Below, in pieces: positions 1 through 12,900 of a DNA stretch of 64,000 nt (positions are counted from its first letter, which is position 1; every line of letters starts with the position of its first letter). The notes under the pieces were generated by a model that was not told the origin of the DNA, ran no database searches, and saw only the letters and a program-made list of their open reading frames with translations. This DNA is from the human T2T-CHM13v2.0 reference genome, Homo sapiens. Location of the stretch: assembly GCF_009914755.1 (NCBI RefSeq), contig NC_060933.1, one strand, 5' to 3'. A program made the position numbers and the translations under genes.

Positions 1-1209
1 TGGAATGCAATGGAATGGAATGTTCCGGAATGGAATGGAATGTAATGGAATCAACCCGAGTGCAATGGAATGGAGTGGAATGGAATGGAATGGAATGGAA
101 CAACCCGAATGGAATCGAATGTAATGGAGAGTAAGGGAGTTGAATAGAATCAATCCGAATGTAATGGAATGGAATGGAACGGAATGGAATTGAATGGAAT
201 GGAATGGAATGCAATGGAATGGAATCAACCCGAGTGCAATGGAATGGAGAGGAATGGAAGGCAATGGAATGGATTCAACTTGAATGGAATGGAAAGAATG
301 GAATCAACACGAGTGGAATGGCATGGATTGGAAAGGAATGGAATGGAATCAACCCGAGTACAGGGGAATGGAATGGAATGGAATTAAATGGAATGGAATC
401 ATCCGTAATGTAATGGAAAGGAATGGAATGGAATGGAATGGAATGGAATGGAATCAACTCGATTGCAATTGAATGGAATGGAATGGAATTAACCCGAATA
501 GAATGGAATGGAATGGAATGGAATGGAACGGAACGGAATGGAATGGAATGGAATGGAATGGAACGGAACGGATCGGAATGGAATGGAATGGAATGGAATG
601 GAATGGAATCAACGCGAGTGCAGGGGAATGGAATGGAATGGAATGCAATGGAATGGAATCTACCCGAGTACAGGGGAATGGAATGGAATGGAATGGAATG
701 CAATGGAATGGAATCATCCGTAATGGAATGGAAAGGAATGGAATGGAATGGAATGGAATGGAATGGAATCAACTCGAGTGCAATCGAATGGAATGGAATG
801 GAATTAAACCGAATAGAATGGAATGGAATGGAATGGAACGGAACGGAATGGAATGGAATGGAATGGAATGGAACGGAACGGAACGGAACGGAACGGAATG
901 GAATGGAATGGAATGGAATGGAATGGAATGGAATGGAATCAACGCGAGTGCACGGGAATGGAATGGAATGGAATGCAATGGAATGGAATCTTCCGGAATG
1001 GAATGGAATGGAATGGAATGGAATGAAATGCAATGGATTCAACTCGATTGCAATGGAATGTTATAGAATGGGATGGAATGGAATGGAATGGAATTAACCC
1101 GAATAGAATGGAATGGAATGGAATGGAACGGAATGGAATGGTACGGAACAGAATGGAATGGAACGAATTGTAATGGAATGGAATTGAATGGAATGGAATG
1201 GAATGGAAT

Positions 1210-4200
1210 GGAATCAACGCGAGTGCAGGGGAATGTAATGGAACGGAATGCAATGGAATGGAATCATCCGGAATGGAATGGAATGGAATGGAATGGAATG
1301 GAATCAACCCGAGTGCAATGGAATGGTGTGGAATGGAATGGAATGGAATGGAACAACCCGAATGCAATGGAATGTAATGGAGAGTAAGGGAGTTGAATAG
1401 AATCAATCCGAATGAAATGGAATGGAATGCAACGGAATGGAATGGAATGGAATGGAAAGGAATGGAATGGAATGGAATGGAATGCAAAGGAATGGAATCA
1501 ACCCGAGTGGAATGGCATGGAATGGAATGCAATGGATTGGAATGGAATGGAATCAACTCGAGTGGAAAGGAATGGAATGGAATGGAAAGGAATGGAATGA
1601 AGTCAACTCGAGTGGAATGGAATGGAATGGAATGGATTGGAATGGATTGCAATGGAATGAAATGGAATGGAATGGAATGGAATCAATCATTCCGAGTGGA
1701 ATGGAAGGGAATGTAATGGAGTGGAAAGAACGGAATGGAATCAACCCGAGTGGAATGCAAGGCAATGGAATGGAATGGAAAGGAATGGAATGGAATCAAC
1801 TCGATTGCAATGGAATGGAAAGGAATGGAATGGAATTAACCGGAATAGAATGGAATGGAATGGAATGGAACGGAATGGACTGAACACGAGTGCAGGGGAA
1901 TGGAATGGAATGGAATGCAATGGAATGGAATCATCCGGAATGGAATGGAATGGAATGGAATCAACTCCATTGCAATGGAATGGAATGGAATGGAATGGAA
2001 TAGAATGGAATGGAATTAACCCGAATAGAATGGAATGCAATAGAATGGAATGCAACGGAACCGAATGGAGTGGAATGGTATGGAATGGAATCAACCCGAG
2101 TACAGGGGAATGGAATGGAATGGAATGCAATGGAATGGAGTCATCCGTAATGGAATGGAAAGGAATGGAATGGAATGGAATGGAATGGAATGGAATCAAC
2201 TCGATGGCAATCGAATGGAATGGAATGGAATTAACCCGAATAGAATGGAATGGAATGGAATGCAACGGAACGGAATGGAATGGAATGGAATGGAATGGAA
2301 TGGAATGGAATGGAACGGAACGGAACGCAATGGAATGTAATGTAATGTAATGGAATGGAATGGAATGGAATGCCTTCAAACCGAATGGAATGGAAAGGAA
2401 TGGAATCAACACGAGTGGAAAGCAATGGAATGGAAAGGAATGGAATGGAATGGAATGGTACGGAATAGAATGGAATGGAACGAACTGGAATGGAATGGAA
2501 TGGAATGGAATGGAATAGAATGGAATGGAATCGTCCCGAGTGGAATAGGAGGGAATGTATTCGAGTGGAATGGAAAGGAATGGAATCAACCAGAGTGGAA
2601 TGGAAGGGAATGGAATGGAATGGAAACTAATAGAATGGAATCAACCCGAGAGGAATGGAATGGAAAGGACTGGAATGGAATGGAATGGAATGGAATGGAA
2701 TGGAATAAACTCGATTGTAATGGAATGGAATGGAATGGAATGGAATGGAATGGAATGGAATGGAATTAACCCGAATAAAATGGAATGGAATGGAATGGAA
2801 CGGAATGGAGTGGAATGGAATGGAATCAACCCGAGTGCAGGGGAATGGAATGGAATGGAATGCAATGGAAAGGAATCATCCGGAATGGAATGGAATGGAA
2901 TGGAATGCAAAGCAATGGAGTCAACTCCATTGCAATGGAATGGAAAGGAGTTTAAAGGAATAGAATGGAATCAACCCGAGTGTAATGGAATGGAAAGCAC
3001 TGGAATGGAGTGGAATGGAATGGAATGGAATGGAATGGAATGGAATCAACTCGATTGGAATGGAATGGAATGGAATGGAATGGAATGGAATGGAATGGAA
3101 TGGAATTAACCCGAATAGAATGGAGTGGAATGGAATGGAACGGAACGGAATGGAATGGAATGGAATGGAATGGAATGGAATGGAATCAACCCGACTGCAG
3201 GGGAATGGAATGAAATGGAATGGATTGGAATGGAATGGAATGGAATGGAATCATCCGGAACGGAATGGAATGGAATAGAATGGAATCAACTCGATTCCAA
3301 TGGAATGGAATGGAATGGAATGGAATGGAATGGAGTGGAATGGAATGGAATGGAATGGAATTCATCCGAATAGAATGGAATGGATTGGAATGGAAAGGAA
3401 TGGAAGGGAAGGAAATGGAATGTAATCAACCCGAGTGCATGGGAATGGAATGGAATGGAATGCAATGGAATGGAATCATCCGGAATGGAACGGAATGGAA
3501 TGGAATGTTATCAACCCGAGTGCAGGGGAATGTAATGGAACGGAATGCAATGGAATGGAATCATCCGGAATGGAATGGAACGGAATGGAATGGAATGGAA
3601 TCAACCCGAGTGCAATGGAATGGAGTGGAATGGAATGGAATGGAATGGAACAACCCGAATGGAATGGAATGTAATGGAGAGTAAGGGAGTTGAATAGAAT
3701 CAATCCGAATGTAATGGAATGGAATGCAACGGATTGGAATGGAATGGAATGCAATGGAATGGAATGGAATGGAATGCAAAGGAATGGAATCAACCCGAGT
3801 GGAATGGCATGGAATGGAATGCAATGGATTGGAATGGAATGGAATCAACTCGAGTGGAAAGGAATGGAATGGAATGGAATGGAAAGGAATGGAATGAAGT
3901 CATCTCGAGTGGAATGGAATAGAATGGAATGGATTGGAATGGATTGCAATGGAATGAAATGGAATGGAATGGAATGGAATCAATCATTCCGAGTGGAATG
4001 GAAGGGAATGTAATGGAGTGGAAAGAAGGGAATGGAATCAACCCGAGTGTAATGCAAGGCAATGGAATGGAATGGAAAGGAATGGAATGGAATCAACTCG
4101 ATTGCAATGGAATGGAATGGAATGGAATGGAATGGAATGGAATTAATCGGAATATAATGGAATGGAATGGAATGGAATGGAATGGAAGGGAATGGAATCA

Positions 4201-4620
4201 ACACGAGTGCAGGGGAATGGAATGGAATGGAATGCAATGGAATGGAATCATCCGGAATGGAATGGAATGGAATGGAATCAACTCCATTGCAATGGAATGG
4301 AATGGAATGGAATGGAATAGAATGGAATGGAATTTACCCGAATGGAATGGAATGCAATAGAATGGAATGCAACGGAACCGAATGGAGTGGAATGGAATGG
4401 AATGGAATCAACCCGAGTACAGGGGAATGGAATGGAATGGAATGCAATGGAATGGAGTGATCCGTAATGGAATGGAAAGGAATGGAATGGAATGGAATGG
4501 AATGGAATGGAATGGAATGGAATCAACTCGATGGCAATCGAATAGAATGGAATGGAATTAACCCGAATAGAATGGAATGGAATGGAATGAAACGGAACGG
4601 AACGGAACGGAATGGAATGG
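1210..4620 (+). repeat. Diverged direct duplication, ~1.1 kb blocks offset by ~2.3 kb (~1210-2310 and ~3510-4620)
   Basis: Rare motifs occur in the same order in both blocks: GAGTGCAGGGGAATGTAATG (1221/3518), AATCAATCATTCCGAGTGG (~1681/~3978), GGAACCGAATGGAGTGG (~2056/~4374). Matching ORF pairs are 1393/3690 and 2050/4367. Confidence 0.75.
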
Positions 4621-6099
4621 AATGGAATGGAATGGAATGGAATCAACGTGAGTGCAGGGGAATGGAATGGAATGGAATGCAATGGAATGGAATCTTCCGG
4701 AATGGAAAGGAATGGAATAGAATGGAATGGAATGGAATGGAATGGAATCAACCCGAATACAGGGGAATGGAATGGAATGTAATGCAGTGGAATGGAATCA
4801 TCCGTAATGGAATGGAAAGGAATGGAATGGAATGGAATGGAATGGAATGGAATGGAATGGAATGGAATGGAATCAACTGGATTGCAATCCAATGGAATGG
4901 AATGGAATTAACCCGAATAGAATGGAATGGAATGGAACGGAACGGAACGGAACGGAATGGAATGGAATGGAACGGAACGGAACGGAACGGAACGGAATGG
5001 AATGGAATGGAATGGAATCAAAGCGAGTGCAGGGGAATGGAATGGAATGGAATGCAATGGAATGGAGTCTTCCGGAATGGAATGGAATGGAATGCAATGG
5101 ATTCAACTCGATTGCAATGGAATGGAATAGAATGGAATGGAATCGAATGGAATGGAATGGAATTAACCCGAATAAAATGGAATGGAATGGAATGGAACGG
5201 AACGTAACGGAACGGAATGGAATGGAATGGAATGGAAAGGAATGGAATGGAATGGTATGGAATGGAATGGAATGGTACGGAATAGAACGGAATGGAAAGA
5301 ATTGGAATGGAATGGAATCGAATGGAATTGAATGGAATGGAATGGAATCAACCCGAGTGCAGGGGAATATAATGGAACGGAATGTAATTGAATGGAATCA
5401 TCCGGAATGGAATGGAATGGAATGGAATGGAATGGAATGGAATGGAATGGAACCAACTCGATTGTGATGGAATGGAATGGAATGGAATGGAATGGAACGG
5501 AATTAACCCGAATACAATGGAATGGAATGGAATGGAACGGAATGGAGTGGAATGGAATGGAATGAAATGGAATGGAATCAACTCGATTGGAATGGAATGG
5601 AATGGAATGGAATGGAATGGAATTAACCCGAATAGAATGGAATGGAATGGAATGGAATGGAACGGAACGGAACGGAATGGAATGGAATGGAATGGAATGG
5701 AATGGAATGGAATGGAATCAACCCGACTGCAGGGGAATGGAATGGAATGGAATGAAATGGAATGGATTCAACTTGAATGGAATGGAAAGAGTGGAATCAA
5801 CACGAGTGGAAAGGCATGGATTGGAATGGAATGGAATGGAATCAACCCGAGTACAGGGGAATGGAATGGAATGTAATGCAATGGAATGTAATCATCCGTA
5901 ATGGAATGGAAAGGAATGGAATGGAATGGAATGGAATGGAATGGAATGGAATCAACTCGATTGCAATCGAATGGAATGGAATGGAATTACACAAATAGAA
6001 TGGAATGGAATGGAATGGAATGGAAAGGAATAAACCCGAGTGCAATGGAATGGAGTGGAATGGAATGGAATGGAATGGAACAACTCGAATGGAATGGAA

Positions 6100-6320
6100 T
6101 GTAATGGAGAGTAAGGGAGTTGAATAGAATCAATCCGAATGTAATGGAATGGAATGGAACGGAATGGAATTGAATGGAATGGAATGGAATGCAATGGAAT
6201 GGAATCAACCCGAGTGCAATGGAATGGAGAGGAATGGAATGGAATGGAATGGAAACTACCCGAATGGAATGGAATGTAATGGAGTGTAAGGGAATTGAAT
6301 AGAATCAATCCGAATGTAAT
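6100..6320 (+). repeat. 175-bp diverged dimer (GAGAGTAAGGGAGTTGAATAG / GAGTGTAAGGGAATTGAATAG), recurring throughout the window
   Basis: Two paralogous non-pentamer islands lie exactly 175 bp apart at 6121/6296, 6974/7149 and 9631/9806 (inverted). Similar pairs occur near 15.1/15.3, 18.95/19.13, 25.39/25.56, 46.38/46.56 and 51.26/51.44 kb. Confidence 0.85.
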
Positions 6321-9300
6321 GGAATGGAATGGAACGGAATGGATTGGAATGGAATGGAATTGAATGGAATGGAATGCAATGGAATGGAATCAACCTGAGT
6401 GCAATCGAATGGAATAGAATGGAATGGAATGCAATGGAATGGATTCAACTTGAATGGAATGGAAAGAGTGGAATCAACACGAGTGGAATGGCATGGATTG
6501 GAATGGAATGGAATGGAATCAACCCGAGTACAGGGGAATGGAATGGAATGGAATGCAATGGAATGGCATCATCCGTAATGGAATGGAAAGCAATGGAATG
6601 GAATGGAATGGAATGGAATGGAATGGAATCAACTCGATTGCAGTCGAATGGAATGGAATGGAATTAACCTGAATAGAATGGAATGGAATGGAATGGAACG
6701 GAACGGAACGGAACGGAATGGAATGGAATGGAATGGAATGGAACGGAACGGAAAGGAATGGAATGGAACGGAATGGAAAGGAATGGAATGCAATGGAATC
6801 AACGCGAGTGCAGGGGAATGGAATGGAATGGAATGCAATGGAATGGAATCTTCAGGAATGGAATGGAATGGAATGGAATGGAATAAACCCGAGTGCAATG
6901 GAATGGAGTGGAATGGAATGGAATGGAATGGAACAACCCGAATGGAGTGGAATGTAACGGAGAGTAAGGGAGTTGAATAGAATCAATCCGAATGTAATGG
7001 AATGGAATGGAATGGAATGGAATGGAATGGAATAGAATGGAATGCAATGGAATGGAATCAACCCGAGTGCAATGGAATGGAGAGGAATGGAATGGAATGG
7101 AATGGAAACTACCCGAATGGAATGGAATATAATGGAGTGTAAGGGAATTGAATAGAATCAATCCGAATGTAATGGAATGGAATGGAATGGAACGGAATGG
7201 AATGGAATGGAATGGAATGGAATGGAATGCAATGGAATGGAATCAACCCGAGTGCAATCGAAATGGAATCGAATGGAATGGAATGCAATGGAATGGATTC
7301 AACTTGAATGGAATGGAAAGAATGGAATCAACACGAGTGGAAGGGCATGGATTGGAATGCAACGGAATGGAATGGAATGGAATGGAATGGAATGCAGTGG
7401 AATGGAATCAACCCGAGTACAATGGAATGGAATGGAATAGAATGGAATGGAATGGAATGATACGGAATAGAATGGAATGGAACGAAATGGAATGGAATGG
7501 AATGGAATGGAATGGAATGGAATGGAATCGTTCCGAGTGGAATAGGAGGGAATGTATTCGAGTGGAATGGAAAGGAATGGAATCAACCAGAGTGGAATGG
7601 AAGGGAATGGAATGGAATGGAAACTAATAGAATGGAATCAACCCGAGTGGAATGGAATGGAAAGGACTGGAATGGAATGGAATGGAATGGAATCAACTCG
7701 ATTGTAATGGAATGGAATGGAACGGAACGGAATGGAATGGAATGGAATTGAATGGAATGGAATGGAATAGAATCAACCCGAGTACAGGGGAATGGAATGG
7801 AATGGAATGCAATGGAATGGAATCATCCGTAATGGAATGGAAAGGAATGGAATGGAATGGAATAGAATGGAATGTAATCAACTCGATTGCAATCGAATGG
7901 AATGGAATGGAATTAACCCGAATAGAATGGAATGGAATGGAATGGAACGGAACGGAACGGAATGGAATAGAATGGAATGGAACGAAATGGAATGGAATAG
8001 AATGCAATGGAATGGAATGGAATTGTTCCGAGGGAATAGGAGGGAATGTATTCGAGTGGAATGGAAAGGAATGGAATCAACCAGAGTGGAATGGAAGGGA
8101 ATGGAATGGAATGGAAACTAATAGAATGGAATCAACCCGAGTGGAATGGAATGGAAAGGAATGGAATGGAATGGAATGGAATGGAATGGAATGGAATCAA
8201 CTCGATTGTAATGGAATGGAATGGAATGGAATGGAATGGAATGGAATGGAATGGAATTAACCCGAATACAATGGAATGGAATGCAATGGAACGGAATGGA
8301 GTGGAATGGAATGGAATCAACCCGAGTGCAGGGGAATGGAATGGAATGGAATGCAATGGAATGGAATCATCCGGAATGGAATGGAATGGAATGGAATGCA
8401 ATGCAATGGAATCAACTCTATTGCAATGGAATGGAATGGAAAGGAATAGAATGGAATCAACCCGAGTGGAATGGAATGGAAAGGACTGGAATGGAGTTGA
8501 ATGGAATGCAATGGAATGGAATTAACTCGATTGGAATGGAATGGAAAGGAATGGAATGGAATTAACCCGAATAGAATGGAATGCAATGGAATGGAACGGA
8601 ATGGAATAGAATGGAATGGAATGGAATGGAATGGAAAGGAATCAAACCGACTGCAGGGGAATGGAATGGAATGGAATGCAATGGAATGGAATCATCCGGA
8701 ACGGAATGGAATGGAATGTAATGGAATCAACTCGATTGCAATGGAATGGAATGGAATGGAATGGAATGGAATGGAATGGAATTCACCCGAATAGAATGGA
8801 ATGGAATGGAATGGAAAGGAATGGAAGGGAAGGGAATGGAATGTAATCAACCCGAGTGCAGGGGAATGGAATGGAATGGAATGCAATGGAATGGAATCAT
8901 CCGGAATGGAATGGAATGGAATGGAATGGAATGAAATGGAATGGAATGGAATAGAATGCAATGGAATGGAATCAACCCGAGTACAATGGAATGGAATGGA
9001 ATGGAATGGAATGGAATGGAATGGAATGGAATGGAATGGAATTGAATGGAATGGAATGCCTTCAAACTGAATGGAATGGAAAGGAATGTAATCAACACGA
9101 GTGGAATGGAATCGAATGGAGTGGAATGGAATCGAATGGAATGGAATGGAATGGAATGGAATGGTACGGAATAGAATGGAATGGAACGAAATGGAATGGA
9201 ATGGAATGGAATGGAATGGAATGGAATGGAATGGAATGGAATGGAATGGAATCGTTCCGAGTGGAATAGGAGGGAATGTATTCGAGTGAAATGGAAAGGA

Positions 9301-9539
9301 ATGGAATCAACCAGAGTGCAATGGAAGGGAATGGAATGGAATGGAAACTAATAGAATGGAATCAACCCGAGTGGAATGGAATGGAAAGGACTGGAATGGA
9401 ATGGAATGGAATGGAATGGAATGGAATGGAATCAACTCCATTGTAATGGAATGGAATGGAATGGAAAGGAATGGAATGGAATGCAATGGAATTAAACCGA
9501 ATACAATGAAAAGGAATGGAATGGAACGGAATGCAAAGC

Positions 9540-9567
9540 AATGGAATCAACTCGGGTTGATTCCATT
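9540..9567. other. Inversion breakpoint inside the satellite; 28-bp quasi-palindrome
   Basis: AATGGAATCAACTC|GGGTTGATTCCATT: the arms are reverse complements except T9552/G9555. Strand composition flips here. Confidence 0.95.
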
Positions 9568-9927
9568 CCCTTCTTTCCATTCCATTCCATTCCATTCCAT
9601 TCCGTTCCATTCCATTCCATTACATTCGGATTGATTCTATTCAATTCCCTTACACTCCATTACATTCCATTCCATTCGGGTAGTTTCCACTCCATTCCAT
9701 TCCCCTCCTCTCCATTCCATTGCACTCGGGTTGATTCCATTCCATTGCATTCCATTCCATTCCATTCAATTCCATTCCGTTCCATTCCATTCCATTACAT
9801 TCGGATTGATTCTATTCAACTCCCTTACTCTCCATTACATTCGATTCCATTCAGGTTGTTCCATTCCATTCCATTCCATTCCACTCCATTCCATTGCACT
9901 CGGGTTGATTCCATTCCATTCCATTCC

Positions 9928-9942
9928 ATTCCGGAAGATTCC
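9928..9942. promoter_or_regulatory. Canonical three-unit heat-shock element (representative of roughly 30 copies)
   Basis: aTTCc-gGAAg-aTTCc matches nTTCnnGAAnnTTCn. Other copies are at 17-31, 985-999, 4689-4703, 6845-6859, 12582-12596, 14415-14429, 19271-19285, 28196-28210, 54451-54465 and 63182-63196. This is a motif match only; binding is not shown. Confidence 0.55.
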
Positions 9943-12900
9943 ATTCCATTACATTCCATTACATTCCATTCCCCAGCACTCGCGTTGATTCCATTCCATT
10001 CCATTCCATTCCATTCCATTCCATTCCATTCCATTCCTTTCCGTTCCATTCCATTCCATTCCATTCCATTCCATTCCGTTCCGTTCCGTTCCGTTCCATT
10101 CCATTGCATTCCATTGTATTCGGGTTAATTCCATTCCATTCCATTCGATTGCAATCGAGTGGATTCCATTCCATTCCATTCCATTCCATTCCATTCCTTT
10201 CCTTTCCATTACGGATGATTCCATTCCATTGCATTCCATTCCATTCCATTCCCCTGTACTCGGGTTGATTCCATTCCATTCCATTCCAATCCATGCCATT
10301 TCACTCGTGTTGATTCCATTCTTTCCATTCCATTCAAGTTGAATCCATTCCATTGCATTCCATTCCATTCGATTCCATTCGATTGCACTCGGGTTGATTC
10401 CATTCCATTGCATTCCATTCCATCCCATTTCATTCCATTCCATTCCTTTCCATTCCATTCCATTCCATTCCATGCGATTGCAATCGAGTTGATTCCATTC
10501 CATTCCTTTCCATTCCATTCCATTGCCTTGCATTCCACTCGGGTTGATTCCATTCCCTTCTTTCCACTCCATTACATTCCCTTCCATTCCACTCGGAATG
10601 ATTGATTCCATTCCATTCCATTCCATTTCATTCCATTGCAATCCATTCCAATCCATTCCATTATATTCCATTCCACTCGACTTGATTTCATTCCATTCCT
10701 TTCCCTTCCATTCCATTCCTTTCCACTCGAGTTGATTCCATTCCATTCCATTCCTTTGCATTCCATTCCATGCCATTCCACTCGGGTTGATTCCATTCCA
10801 TTCCATTCCATTCCATTCCATTCCATTCCATTCCATTCCATTGCATTCCATTCCATTCCTTTCCCCTGCACTCGGGTTGATTCCATTCCTTTCCATTCCA
10901 TTTAATTCCATTCCATTCCATTCCATTCCATTCCAATCCGTTCCATTCCATTCCATTCCATTCCATTGTACTCGGGTTGATTCCATTCCATTGCATTCTA
11001 TTCCATTCCATTCCATTCCATTCCATTCCATTCCATTCCATTCCGGATGATTCCATTCCATTGCATTCCATTCCATTCCATTCCCCTACACTCGCATTGA
11101 TTCCATTCCATTCCATTCCATTCCGTTCCATTCCATTCCGTTCCGTTCCGTTCCGTTCCATTCCATTCCATTCCATTCCATTCCATTCCGTTCCGTTCCA
11201 TTCCATTCCATTCCATTCTATTTGGGTTAATTCCGTTCCATTCCATTCGATTGCTATCGAGTTGATTCCATTCCATTCCATTCCATTCCATTCCATTCCG
11301 TTCCATTCCATTCCATTACATTCGGATTGATTCTATTCAACTCCCTTACTCTCCATTACATTCCATTCTATTCGGGTTGTTCCATTCCATTCCATTCCAT
11401 TCCACTCCATTCCATTGCACTCGGGTTGATTCCATTCCATTCAATTCCATTCCGCAAGATTCCATTCCATTGCATTCCATTCCATTCCATTCCCCTGCAC
11501 TCGCGTTGATTCCATTCCATTCCATTCCATTCCATTCCATTCCATTCCATTCCATTCCATTCCTTTCCGTTCCATTCCATTCCATTCCATTCCATTCCAT
11601 TCCGTTCCTTTCCGTTCCTTTCCGTTCCATTCCATTCCAGTAGATTCTATTCGGGTTAATTCCATTGCGTTCCATTCGATTGCAATCGAGTTGATTCCAT
11701 TCCATTCCACTGCATTCCATTCCATTCCATTCCATTCCTTTCCATTCCATTACGGATGATTCCATTCCATTGCATTCCATTCCATTCCATTCCCCTGTAC
11801 TCGGGTTGATTCCATTCCATTCCATTCCAATCCATGCCATTCCACTCGTGTTGATTCCATTCTTTCCATTCCATTCAAGTTGAATCCATTCCATTGCATT
11901 CCATTCCATTCGATTCCATTCGATTTCACTCGGGTTGATTCCATGGCATTGCATTCCATTCTATTCCATTCCATTCCATTCCATTCCTTTCCATTCCATT
12001 CCATTCCATTCGGATTCATTCTAATCAATTCCCTTACACTCCATTACATTCCATTCCATTCGGGAAGTTTCCATTCCATTCCATTCCATTCCATTCCTCT
12101 CCATTCCATTGCACACGGGTTGATTCCATTCCATTCCACTCCATTCCATTCCATTCCATTCCATTCCATTCCGGATGATTCCATTCCATTGAATTCCATT
12201 CCATTCCATTCCCCTGCACTTGGGTTGATTCCATTCCATTCCATTCCTTTCTGTTCCATTCCATTCCATTCCATTCCATTCCATTCTATTCGTGTTAATT
12301 CCATTCCATTCTATTCCATTCCATTCCATTGAAATCGAGTTGATTCCATTCCATTCCATTCCATTCCATTCCATTCCATTGTACTCGGGTTGATTCCATT
12401 CCATTGCATTCCATTCCATTCCATTCCATTCCGTTGCATTCCATTCCATTACATTCGGATTGATTCTATTCAACTCCCTTACTCTCCATTACATTCCATT
12501 CCATTCGGGTTGTTCCATTCCATTCCATTCCATTCCACTCCATTCCATTGCACTCGGGTTGATTCCATTCCATTCCATTCCATTCCGGAAGATTCCATTC
12601 CATTGCATTCCATTACATTCCATTCCCCTGCACTCGCGTTGATTCCATTCCATTCCATTCCATTCCATTCCATTCCGTTCCGTTCCGTTCCATTCCATTC
12701 CATTCCATTCCATTCCGTTCCATTCCGTTCCATTCCATTCCATTCCATTCTATTCGGGTTAATTCCATTCCATTCCATTGAAATCGAGTTGATTCCTTTC
12801 CATTCTATTCCATTCCATTCCATTCCATTCCATTCCTTTCCATTCCATTACGGATGATTCCATTCCATTGCATTGCATTCCATTCCATTCCCCTGTACTC

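Larger units (their letters stand above)
1..9553 (+). repeat. Satellite III (HSat3) array, GGAAT (G-rich) strand on +
   Basis: Continuous GGAAT pentamers interrupted by the SatIII decamer CAACCCGAGT (e.g. 52-61) and variants CAACTCGATT, TAACCCGAAT, CATCCGGAAT. This decamer-punctuated style resembles chr9q12-type (HSat3B-like) SatIII. The subfamily and chromosome are inference and were not tested. Confidence 0.97.

Noticed and set aside
6118-6140. TTGAATAGAATCAAT as a DUX4 site
   Set aside because: It does not match the TAAYBBAATCA consensus in the first half-site.
1-9553. Canonical G-quadruplex arrays
   Set aside because: G-runs are almost all GG, with isolated GGG/GGGG far apart, so there are no four closely spaced G3 tracts.
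9540-9567. Inversion as a fold-back sequencing chimera
   Set aside because: A fold-back read would mirror the flanks. Symmetry ends after 14 bp per arm, and different modules follow on each side. Read support is still needed to exclude a misjoin.
9928-9942. TTCCGGAA as a STAT (GAS) site
   Set aside because: GAS sites are TTC-N3(or N4)-GAA. The spacer here is 2 bp, which fits an HSE instead.
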